The notes under the pieces: generated by a model
Told to the model about the DNA's origin: nothing
What the model saw: only the letters and a program-made list of their open reading frames with translations
Database searches by the model: none
Part shown: in pieces, positions 1 to 11,038 of the stretch
Position numbering within the stretch: position 1 is the first letter of the stretch
How the letters are laid out: the number at the start of each line of letters is the position of its first letter
Assembly: GCA_038087875.1 (NCBI GenBank)
Contig: CM075994.1
Coordinates: forward strand, 7,752,001-7,816,000
From: Malacoraja senta
Taxonomy: Eukaryota
Direction of reading: 5' to 3'
Length of the DNA stretch: 64,000 bases
Translations under genes and position numbers: made by a program

Positions 1-385
1 CTATGCTGTGGCAAGAGATTGAGCAAACTGGGACTTTATTCCTTGGAGTGCAGGAGGCTGAGGGGTGATCTCATAGAGATGTATAAAAATGTGAGGGGAA
101 TTGAGAGAACGGAGACGAGGAAACATTTTTTCTCACAGAGAGTTGTGAGTCTGTGGAATTCTCTGCCTCAGAGGGCGGTGGAGCCTGGTTCTCTGGAGGC
201 CGGTTCTTTCAAGAGAGAGCTAGATAGGGCTCTTAAAGATAGCGGAGTCAGGGGATATGGGGAGAAGGAAGGAACGGGGCACTGATTGGGGATGATCAGC
301 CATGATCACATTGAATGGCGATGCTGGCTCGAAGGGCCGAATTGCCTACTCCTGCACCTATTGTCTTTTGTCTATTGTCTATTGA
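1..385 (+). mobile_element. CR1 LINE 3' fragment
   Basis: ORF2 C-terminus (LGLYSLE.RRLRGDLIE), conserved 3' UTR and (CTATTGT)n tail. Confidence 0.85.
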
Positions 386-729
386 ATTGATAGGATGAAT
401 GCACGGTCTTTTAACCTGCGTAGAGGAATCAAGAACCACAGGATATGTTTAAGATAAGAGGGGAAGATGTAATAGGAGACGAGAGGCAACGTTTTCACTC
501 AGCATGGTGGGTATATGGAGTGAACTGCCAGAGGAGGCAGTTGAGGCAGATACAATAACAACATTTAAAAGACATTTGAATAGCTGCAGGTATAGGAAAG
601 GATAAGAGGGAAATGTGGGTAAATGGGACTTGCTTAATGGGGCATCTTAGCGTGCATAGATGTATTCGACTGAAGGGCCTGTTTCTGTGCTGTATGAATA
701 GCACCTGTGCTGTATGAATAGCATGAACA

Positions 730-1962
730 GCATGGATTTACGAAAGGTAAATCATGTCTGACGAATCTTATAGAATTTTTCGAGGATGTAACTAGTAGAG
801 TGGATAGGGGAGAACCAGTGGATGTGTTGTATCTGGACTTTCAGAAGGCTTTCGACAAGGTCCCACATAAGAGATTAGTATACAAACTTAAAGCACACGG
901 TATTGGGGGTTCAGTATTGATGTGGATAGAGAACTGGCTGGCAAACAGGAAGCAAAGAGTAGGAGTAAACGGGTCCTTTTCACAATGGCAGGCAGTGACT
1001 AGTGGGGTACCGCAAGGCTCAGTGCTGGGAACCCAGCTATTTACAATTTATATTAATGATCTGGATGAGGGAATTGAAGGCAACATCTCCAAGTTTGTGG
1101 ATGACACTAAGCTGGGGGGCAGTGTTAGCTGTGAGGAGGATGCTAGGAGACTGCAAGGTGATTTGGATAGGCTGGGTGAGTGGGCAAATGTTTGGCAGAT
1201 GCAGTATAATGTGGATAAATGTAAAGGGGAGATGCAGCGAGACCTGGGTGTCATGGTACACCAGTCATTGAAAGTAGGCATGCAGGTGCAGCAGGCAGTG
1301 AAGAAAACGAATGGTATGTTAGCTTTCATAGCAAAAGGATTTGAGTATAGGAGCAGGGAGGTTCTACTGCAGTTGTACAGGGTCTTGGTGAGACCACACC
1401 TGGAGTATTGCGTACAGTTTTGGTCTCCAAATCTGAGGAAGGACATTATAGCCATAGAGGGAGTGCAGAGAAGGTTCACCAGACTGATTCCTGGAATGTC
1501 AGGACTTTCATATGAAGAAAGACTGGATAGACTTGGCTTATACTCGCTAGAATGTACGAGATTGAGAGGGGATCTTATAGAAATGTACAAAATTCTTATG
1601 GGGTTGGACAGGCTAGATGCAGGAAGATTGTTCCCGATGTTGGGGAAGTACAGGACAAGGGGTCACAGTTTAAGGATAAGGGGGAAATCCTTTAAGACCG
1701 AGATGAGAAAAAACGTTTTCACACAGAGTGGTGAATCTCTGGAACGCTCTGCCACAGAGGGTAGTTGAGGCCAGTTCATTGGCTATATTTAAGAGGGAGT
1801 TAGATGTGGCCCTTGTGGCTAAAGGGATCAGGGGGTATGGAGAGAAGGCAGGTACGGGATACTGAGTTGGATGATCAGCCATGATCATATTGAATGGCGG
1901 TGCAGGCTCGAAGGGCCGAATGGCCTACTCCTGCACCTATTTTCTATGTATCTATGTATCTA
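730..1962 (+). mobile_element. 5'-truncated CR1 LINE (RT domain)
   Basis: YLDFQKAFDKVPH, GVPQGSVLG and KFVDDTKL motifs; internal deletion near 1222; 3' UTR and (CTATGTAT)n tail. Confidence 0.95.
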
Positions 1963-2428
1963 ATAGGACTCTATAGCTTTCAAGAAGCTCAATGCCATGC
2001 ACACCAAAACCGCCCCACTTGATGGGCATCCCATTCACTCTAAACATTTATTCCTGCCACTATATACAGTGGCTGCAGATATATCATTTACGAGATGGAG
2101 TTAATGGTACAGACGTTTCCGATTGCAATGTCAGACATCACAACTCCACCGGCAAGAAAGAAAAGGGCAGGAGGTACGCCAGCACCTGCAGTTTCATCTG
2201 CCTGGTTGTGTACAATCACGGGAGTTAGAGATAGCCAATAAATACCAGCCTTGACTACAATACCAAAATCTTTGAAAATTCTTTTTTTTTTTAAATGCGC
2301 AGTGTGTTCAGATTATCTAGAAGAAACTTGAATTTATTTTACCAGCAGCTTAATGTTTATTTTGTTCTCCACACAGTTTTTATTACGTTAATTTATTTAA
2401 CATTTTCAGCATATTTTTTGTATTACAG

Positions 2429-2485
2429 AGAGGTTTCACATAAATGGAGTCCAAAACAAATTGTTGGTCATCTGGTACTCAAAGG
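2429..2485 (+). CDS. SLC25A46: SLC25A46 internal coding exon (third from last)
   Basis: Pyrimidine-rich tract and ttacag acceptor, 57-bp exon encoding (R)EVSHKWSPKQIVGHLVLK(G), gtaag donor. Peptide resembles remembered SLC25A46 'REVLHKWSPKQIGEHLLLK'; phase joins the next exon. Confidence 0.92.
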
Positions 2486-5194
2486 GTAAGCATTAAGCAC
2501 TATTTATCTTTTTAAACAAGCCTTTTAATTCATTATATTATTGGTATCTACTATTTTGGTCGTTGTCAGCATTTGCTTAAATTAATTCCACCTAGAAGGC
2601 AAAAGAAACTGCAAATCCTGGAATCTGGAACACAAAGAATGCTGAAAGGATTCAGTCCTTTTATTTTACGTTGTACCTTGGCTGCGCCAATAGACAATAG
2701 GTGCAGGAGTAGGCCATTCAGCCCTTCGAGCCAGCACCGCCATTCAATGTGATCATGGCTGATCATCCACAATCAGTACCCCGTTCCTGCCTTCTCCCCA
2801 TATCCCCTGACTCCGCTATCTTTAAGAGCCCTATCTAGCTCTCTCTTGAAAGTATCCAAAGAACCGGCCTCCACCGCACTCTGAGGTAGAGAATTCCACA
2901 GACTCACAACTCTCTGTGAGAAAAAGTGTTTCCTCGTCTCCGTTCTAAATGGCTTACCCCTTATTCTTAATTTGTGGCCCCTGGTTCTGGAGTCCCCAAA
3001 CTTCGGGAACATGTTTCCTGCCTCTAGCGTGTCCAAACCCTTAACAATCTTATATGTTTCAACAAGATGCCCTCTCATCCTTCTAAACTCCAGAGTGTAC
3101 AAGCCCAGCCGCTCCATTCTCTCAGCATATGACAGTTCCACCATCCTGGGAATTAACCTTGTAAACCTATGCGGCACTCCCTCAATAGCAAGAATGTCAT
3201 TCCTCAAATTTGGACACCAAAACTGCACACAATACTCCAGGTGTGGTCTCACTAGGGCCCTGTACAACTGCAGAAGGACCTTTTTGCTCCTATACTCGAC
3301 TCTTGTTATAAAGGCCAACATGCCATTCGCTTTCTTCACTGCCAGCTGTACCTGCATGCTTACTTTCATAGACTGATGAACAAGGACCCTCAGATCTGGT
3401 TGTACTTCCCCTTTTCCCAACTTGATGCCATTTAGATAGTAATCTGCCTTCCTGTTTTTCATACCAAAGTGGATAACCTCACATTTATGCACATTAAACT
3501 TCATCTGCCATGCATCTGCCCACTCCCCCAACCTGTCCAAGTCACCCTGCATTCTCATAGCATCCTCCTCACAGTTCACACTGCCACCAAGTTTTGTGTC
3601 ATCTCCAAATTTGCTAATGTTACTTTGAATCCCTTCATCCAAATCATTGATGTATATTGTAAATAGCTGCGGTCCCACCACCGAGCCTTGCGGTACCCCA
3701 CTAGTCACTGCCTGCCATTCTGAAAGGGACCTGTTAATCCCTACTTTTTGTTTCCTGTCTGCCAACCAATTTTCTATCCATGTCAGCACTTTACCCCCAA
3801 TATCATGTGCCCTAATTTTGCCCACTAATCTCCTATGTGGGACCTTATCAAATGCTTTCTGAAAGTCCAGGTACACTACATCCACTGACTCTCCCTTGTC
3901 CATTTTCCTAGTTACATCCTCAAAAAATTCCAGAAGATTAGTCGAGCATGATTTCCCCTTCGTAAATCCATGCTGAATCTGACCGATCCTGTTACTGCTA
4001 TCCAAATATGCGGCTATTTCAACTTTTATAATTGACTCCAGCATCTTCCCCACCACCGATGTCAGGCTAACTGGTCGATAATTTCCTGTTTTCTCTCTCC
4101 TGCCTTTCTTAAAGTGGGATAACATTAGCTACCCTCCAATCCACAGGAACTGATCCTGAGTCTATAGAACATTGGAAAATTATCACCAATGCATCCACGA
4201 TTTCTAGAGCCACTTCGTTAAGTACCCTGGGATGCAGACCATCAGGCCCTGGGGATTTATCAGCCTTCAGTCCCATCAGTCTACCCAACACCATTTCCTG
4301 CCTAATGTGGATTTCCTTCAGTTCCTCCGTCACCCCAGACCCTCTGGCCACTTCTATATCAGGAAGATTGTTTGTGTCCTCCTTAGTGAAGACGGATCCA
4401 AAGTACCTGTTCAACTCATCTGCCATTTCCTTGTTCCCCGTAATGAATTCACCTTTTTCGGTCTTCAAAGGTCCAACTTCGGTCTTAATTAATTTTTTCC
4501 ACTTCACATACCTAAAGAAGCTTACTGTCCTCCTTTATATTCTTGGCTAGCTTACCTTCGTACCTCATCTTTTCTCACCGTATTGTCTTTTTAGTTATCT
4601 TCTGTTGCTCTTTAAACATTACCCAATCCTCTTGCTTCCTGCTCATCCTTGCCTCGTTGTACTTCTTCTTTTTTATTTTTATACTGTCCCTGACATCCCT
4701 TGTCAGCCACGGTCGCCCCTTACTCCCCTTAGAATCTTTCTTCCTGCTAGGAATGAACTGATCCTGCACCTTCTGTATTATTCCTAGAAATACCTGCCAT
4801 TGTTGTTCCACTGTCATCCCTGCTAAGGTATCTTTCCAATCAACTTTGGCCAGCTCCTCGCTCATGACCCCATAGTCCCCTTTATACAACTGTAACACTG
4901 ACACCTTCGATCTACCCTTCTACCTCTCCAATTGTAGATTAAACCTGACCATATTATGGTCACTACCTCCTAATGGCTCATTAACCTCAAGTTCCTTTAT
5001 CAAATCTGGTTCATTACATAACACTAAATCCAGAATTGCCTTCTCCCTGGTAGGCTCCAATACAAGCTGCTCTAAGAATCCATCACAAAGGCACTCTACA
5101 AAGTCCCTTTCTTGGGGTCCAGTACCAACCTGATTTTCCTAGTCTACCTGCATGTTGAAATCTCCCATAACAACCATAGCATTACCTTTGCTAC

Positions 5195-5248
5195 GGGGTG
5201 GAAGATTGCAACCTTCACGTGGTCCGCCCTGTTTCGACGAATGCAATC
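5195..5248 (+). ncRNA. Putative minimal HDV-like self-cleaving ribozyme, copy 1
   Basis: P1 GGGGTGG/CCGCCCT, P2 GATTGCA/TGCAATC, P3 ACC/GGT, L3 TTCACGT, rudimentary P4 GTTTCGA, J4/2 CGAA; elements occur in canonical order. Confidence 0.8.
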
Positions 5249-5335
5249 AACCTGGCGTGCACAATCAAGAAAGATCAAATAGAACAAGTTGTCCTACAAC
5301 GTTAGGCTGTGCACGCCATACGCAAGAAGAAGAAG
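5195..5335 (+). mobile_element. Short non-autonomous retroposon with (GAA)n tail and 5' HDV-like ribozyme, copy 1
   Basis: Interrupts the CR1 EN region; 11-bp TSD ACCTTTGCTAC at 5184-5194 and 5336-5346; near-identical copy at 54092-54230 (-). Confidence 0.9.
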
Positions 5336-6030
5336 ACCTTTGCTACATGCCAATTTTAACTCCTGATTCAACTTGCACCATATGTCCAGGCTACTGTTTG
5401 GGGGCCTGTAGATAAGTCCCATTAGGATCTTTTTACCCTTACAATTCCTTAGTTCTATCCATACTGACTCCACATCTCCTGTTTCAATGTCACCCCTTGC
5501 AAGGGACTGAATTTCATTCCTCACCAACAGTGCTACCCCACCCCCTCTGCCCACCTGTCTGTCTTCTCGATAGGAGGTATACCCTTGAATATTCAGTTCC
5601 CAGCCCTGGCCCTCTTGCAGCCATGTCTCTGCAATTCCCACAACAACATACTTGCCAATTTCTAACTGAGCCTCAAGCTCGTCCACTTTATTTCTTATAC
5701 TTTGCGCATTCATATACAACACTTTGACCTCCGTATTCACGTCCCCCCTCACACCCGCTTGCAATTGGCCCTGACCTTACTCTTTTAACCCTTCTCGAAC
5801 TTTCCGTCCCATTAATTTGAGAATCTTTTGTAATTTTTCCTGTACTCACTTCCCCTTCAACTCCATCTTTATTCTCCCAATTTGTCAATCACTCCCCCCC
5901 ACTATTTAGTTTAAACCCACAAGTGTAGCCCTAGCAAACCTGCCTGCCAGAATGTCAGTCCCCCTCCAGTTAAGGTGTAACCTGTCCCTACAGAGCACCC
6001 CTACCCCAATTCGACTAGTTTTGATATATA

Positions 6031-9000
6031 CAGTGCCCTCCATTACGTTTGGGACAAAGACCCATCATTTATTTATTTGTCTCTGTACTCCACAATTTCA
6101 GATTTGTAATAGGAAAAAATCACGTGGTTAAAGTGCACATTGTCAGATTTTAATAAAGGCTATTTTTACACATTTTGGTTTCACCATGTAGAAATTACAG
6201 CAGTGTTTATACATAGCCACCCATTTCAGGGCACCATAATGTTTAGGACACATGTAATTGCTCTGGTGTGTTTAAATGCCTCCTTAATGCAGGTAGAAGA
6301 GAGCTTTCCTCCAATCTTTCCATCTCCTTTGGAAACGTTTATTGCTGTTTATCAACGTGAGGACCAAAGTTGTGCCAATGAAAGTCAAAGAAGCCATTAT
6401 GAGACTGAGAAACAAGAATAACAGTTAGAGACATCAGCCAAACCTTAGGTTTACCAAAATTAACTGTTTGGAACATCATTAAGAACAAAGAGAGCAATGG
6501 TGAACTTACTCATCGCAAAGGGACTGGCAGGCCAAGGAACACTTCCACAGCTGATGACAGAAGAATTCTCTATAGTAAAGAAAAATCCCCAAACACCTAT
6601 CTGACAGATCAGAAACATTCTTCAGGAGTCGGGTGTGGATTTGTCAATGACCACTGTCCACAGAAGATTTCATGAACAGAAATACAGAGGTTACACTGCA
6701 AGATGCAAACCACTGGTTAGCTGTAAAAAGATAGGATGGCCAGGTTACAGTTTGCCAAGAAGTACTTAAAAGAGCAATCACGGTTCTGAACAAAGGTCTT
6801 GTGGACAGATGAGACGAAGATTCACTCGTATCAGAGTGATGGCAAGAGCAAAGTATGGAGGAGAGAAGGAACTGCCCAAGGTCCAAAGCATACCACCTTA
6901 TCTATGAAACACGGTGGTGGGGGTATTATGGCCTGGGCATGTATGGCTGCTGAAGGTACTCTCTCACTTATCCTCATTGATGATACATAGAAACATAGAA
7001 AATAGGTGCAGGAGGAGGCCATTCGGCCCTTTGAGCCTGCACCGCCATTCAATATGATCATGGCTGATCATCCAACCCAGCCACAAGGGCCACATCTAAC
7101 TCCCTCTTAAATATAGCCAATGAACTGGCCTCAACTACCTTCTGTGGCAGAGAATTCCAGAGATTCACCACTCTCTGTGTGAAAAATGTTTTTTTCATCT
7201 CGGTCCTAAAGGATTTCCCCCTAATCCTTAAACCGACCCCTTGTTCTGGACTTCCCCAACATCGGGAACAATCTTCCTGCATCTAGCCTGTCCAACCCGT
7301 TAAGAATTTTGTAAGTTTCTATAAGATCCCCCCTCAATCTTCTAAATTCTAGCGAGTACAAGCCGAGTCTATCCAGTCTTTCTTCATATGAAAGTCCTGA
7401 CATCCCAGGAATCAGTCTGGTGAACCTTCTCTGTACTCCCTCTATGGCAAGAATGTCTTTCCTCAGATTTGGAGACCAAAACTGTACGCAATACTCCAGG
7501 TGTGGTCTCACCAAGACCCTGTACAACTGCAGTAGAACCTCCCTGCTCCTAAACCCAAATCCTTTTGCTATGAATGCTAACATACCATTTGCTTTCTTCA
7601 CTGCCTGCTGCACCTGCATGCCTACTTTCATTGACTGGTGTACCCAGGTCTCGTTGCATCTCCCCTTTTCCTAATCGGCCACCATTCAGATAATAGTCTA
7701 CTTTCCTGTTTTCGCCACCAAAATGGATAACCTCACATTTATCCACATTATACTGCATCTGCCATGCATTTGCCCACTCACCCAGCCTATCCAAGGTCAC
7801 CTTGCAGCCTCCTAGCATCCTCCTCACAGCTAACACTGCCCCCCAGCTTTGTGTCATCTGCAAACTTGGAGATGTTGCATTCAATTCCCTCGTCCAAATC
7901 ATTAATATATATCGTAAATAGCTGGGGTCCCAGCACTGAGCCTTGCTGTACCCCACTAGTCACTGCCTGCCATTCTGAAAAGGACCCGTTTACTCCTACT
8001 CTTTGCTTCCTGTCTGCCAGCCAGTTCTCTATCCAAATCAATACTGAACCCCTAATACTGTGTGCTTTAAGTTTGTATATTAATCTCTTATGTGGGACCT
8101 TGTCAGAAGCCTTCTGAAAGTCCAGATATAACACATCCACTGGTTCTCCCTTATCCACTCTACTGGTTACATCCTCGAAAAATTCTATAAGATTCGTCAG
8201 ACATGATTTACCTTTCAGAAATCCATGCTGACTTTGTCCAATGATTTCACCACTTTCCAAATGTGCTGCTATCCCATCTTTAATAACTGACTCTTTAATA
8301 GCAGTTTTCCCATTACCGATGTTAGACTAACTGGTCTGTAATTCCCCGATTTCTCTCCCTCCCTTTTTAAAAAGTGGGGTTACATTAGCTTCCCTCCAAT
8401 CCTCAGGAACTACTCCAGAATCTAAAGAGTTTTGAAAAATTATCACTAATGCATCCACTATTTCTGGGGCTACTTCCTTAAGTACTCTGGGATGCAGCCT
8501 ATCTGGCCCTGGGGATTTATCGGCCTTTAATCCATTCAATTTACCTAACACCACTTCCCGGCTAACCTGCATTTCACTTAGTTCCTCCATCTCATTTGAT
8601 CCCCGGTCCCCTGCTATTTCCGGCAGATTATTTATGTCTTCCTTAGTGAAGACAGAACCAAAGTAGTTATTCAATTGGTCTGCCATGTCCTTGTTCCCCA
8701 TGATCAATTCACTTGTTTCTGGCTGCAAGGGACCTATATTTGTTTTAACTAATCTTTTTCTCTTCACATATCTATAAAAACTTTTGCAGTCAGTTTTTAT
8801 GTTCCCTGCCAATTTTCTTTCATAATCTATTTTCCCTTTCCTAATTAAGCCCTTTGTCCTCCTCTGCTGGACTCTGAATTTCTCCCAGTCCTCTGGTAGG
8901 CTGCTTTTTCTGGCTAATTTGTACGCTTCATCTTTTGTTGATAGTAATAGCATAATGAATTCTGAAGTGTATGGACACATCCTATCTGCTCAAGTTCAAA

Positions 9001-9587
9001 CAAATACCTCAAAACTCATTGGCCGGCCGTTCATTCTACAGCAATACAATGATCGCAAACATACTGCTGAAGCAACAAAGGAGTTTTTCAAAGCTAAAAA
9101 ATCATCAATTCTTGAGTGGCCAAGTCAATCACCTGATCTGAATCCAATTGAGCATGCCTTTTATATGCTGAAGAGAAAACTGAAGGGGACTAGTCCCCAA
9201 AACAAGCATAAGCTAGAGATGGCTGCCATACAGGCCTGGTAGAGCATCACCAGAGAAGACACCCAGCAACTGGTGACGTCCATAAATCGCAGACTTCAAG
9301 CAGTCATTGCATGCAAAGAATATGCAACAAAATACTAAACGTGACTACTTTCATTTACATGACATTGCTGTGTCCTAAACATTATGGTGCCCTGAAATGG
9401 GGGGACTATGTATAAACATTGCTGTAATTTCTACATGGTGAAACCAAAATGTATAAAAATGCCCTTTATTAAAATCTGACAATGTGCACTTTAACCACAT
9501 GTGATTTTTTTTCTATTACAAATTGTGGAGTACAGAGGCAAATAAATGAATGATGGGTCTTTGTCCCAAACATTATGGAGCGCACTG
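6031..9587 (+). mobile_element. Tc1/mariner DNA transposon with long IR/DR-type TIRs, decayed and split by a CR1
   Basis: TA|CAGTGC...GCACTG|TA ends; ~220-bp TIRs; transposase remnants WTDETKI, KHGGGGIMAWACM, WPSQSPDLNPIEH. Confidence 0.95.
6985..8942 (-). mobile_element. 5'-truncated CR1 LINE nested in the Tc1 transposase gene
   Basis: RT fragments in ORFs 8327-8980, 7787-8260 and 7221-7631; tail at ~6985; Tc1 sequence resumes at ~8943. Confidence 0.93.
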
Positions 9588-9642
9588 TATCTTCATGCAG
9601 AGGTTGGTGAATCGTTTGAAATTATTTTGCCAACATAGGCTG

Positions 9643-10680
9643 TAGGTATGTTACAAAACTTACCTTCAGCCGCGCTGTAATTCTGCCACTGGCCGTGTGC
9701 GTGATTTTGGCGCCTTTAAGGGGGGGCAGGGTTAAAACGCGGGTTTCTCCTTCCTTGTCCTAGATAATATTTTGTTGGAGTACAAGCGCTGGCTGATGAA
9801 TCGTTCCTAGTGGCGATTTGTGTGTTTTTTATTTTTATTAAATCGTCAATGTCAGCGCTAGAGTTATTTTAAAATCAGCTCCTAAAGCGTCAACGCCGAT
9901 AACGGGGACGGATTTCACACACAGGAAAGGTAAACTAAAGTGCTTTCTTTAAATGTATAAAAGTGCTTCTTAAGAAGCCTTTAATTCACATTTTTTCGTG
10001 CGACACGGTGATTTTATTCCCCGAATTAACGGCAGAATTTTTCATGCCAATACGGGGTTAAATTCACCGCAAATGAACGTTCCAAAAGATCGCGTTCCAG
10101 AAATTCTCACTCACAAGATGAATTAAATCCCCATTAATTTACAGGTATTAAACATTCAATTCTTTCCATTTGGCCTGTAAATTCATGAAAATTAGATTTA
10201 AAAATTATGTTATATTGTGAATTATTGTGTGAATGTTATTTGGACACTTAGGCTATTTAAAAATGTTAATCTATTAAGAAATTGATAGATGTTTAGATCT
10301 AGTAATTGAATTTTGTAATTAGCTACAATTAGGTAACTAACTAATTAAATGCTTTACTTTCATGTCTTCTAAGTAAGATTGTTTCATATTTGTTTCAGAA
10401 TGCTTCAATCTATAATAACTGAAAATGTCTTTCAGTTATCTTAATTTTTAAGAAAGTTATGGGCTTTTGACTGTCCTCGATCACAGCTTTTGTGTTAAGT
10501 CAATGGAAAAGCAATATGGAACAAGATGCTAATTTCCGAGTATGAAAATGGCCATAACTTCTTTAATACTGAAGATATGAAAGTGAATTAGGTGTCAAAT
10601 TAAACTTCTTTTTATGCTTTATCTGATGGGATAAATTGCAGACTTTATTTTTTAAATCTCAAAATTTTGTAACATTGCTA
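9643..10680 (+). mobile_element. ~1 kb non-autonomous DNA transposon, copy 1
   Basis: Imperfect 16-bp TIRs TAGGTATGTTACAAAA / TTTTGTAACATTGCTA; flanking direct repeat TAGGCTG; inverted diverged copy at 25323-26275. Confidence 0.85.
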
Positions 10681-10980
10681 TAGGCTGTGAAGGTTCTAAC
10701 AATGACATTTTAGTTATTTAAGGAAATCAAGGGATTTGAGATAGTTTGGAGAAATGTAATTGAGGTAGAGGAGAGCCATAATGAATGACACTTGTGTTTG
10801 TTGATGAACATGAGAGGAAATCAAAACTCTCCTATTGTCCCCTTTATCAGAAAAAAATTAACTTTGATAGATGGTTTAATGTTAATAAATTTTGTGTCGA
10901 TTTGAACATATTCATGAGCATTTTATCATTTTGCTTTAACTAAAATTGATTCTTTTTTAAAATAATATTATTTCCTGCAG

Positions 10981-11038
10981 GTTGACATGTGCTGTGGCAA
11001 TGCCTTTTTACTCAGCTAGTTTAATCGAAACTGTGCAG
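10981..11038 (+). CDS. SLC25A46: SLC25A46 penultimate coding exon
   Basis: tttcctgcag acceptor, 58-bp exon encoding (G)LTCAVAMPFYSASLIETVQ, gtaaat donor; phase-compatible with both neighbours. Too short for the ORF track. Confidence 0.95.

Larger units (their letters stand above)
2688..5990 (-). mobile_element. CR1 LINE with frameshifted ORF2 (APE endonuclease + RT)
   Basis: ORFs 5294-5764, 4575-4904, 4109-4507 and 2773-4125 give EN (YMNAQSIRNK, IAETWL, IYRPP) and RT motifs; tail at ~2688. Confidence 0.95.

Noticed and set aside
1048..1590. Recurrent antisense ORFs over CR1 RT regions
   Set aside because: Shadow frames repeated because the elements are homologous; no independent evidence of coding.
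2773..4125. Long RT ORFs as active LINEs or domesticated genes (also 35329-36483, 55696-56613)
   Set aside because: All lie in frameshifted or truncated copies; no intact EN-RT ORF2 is present.
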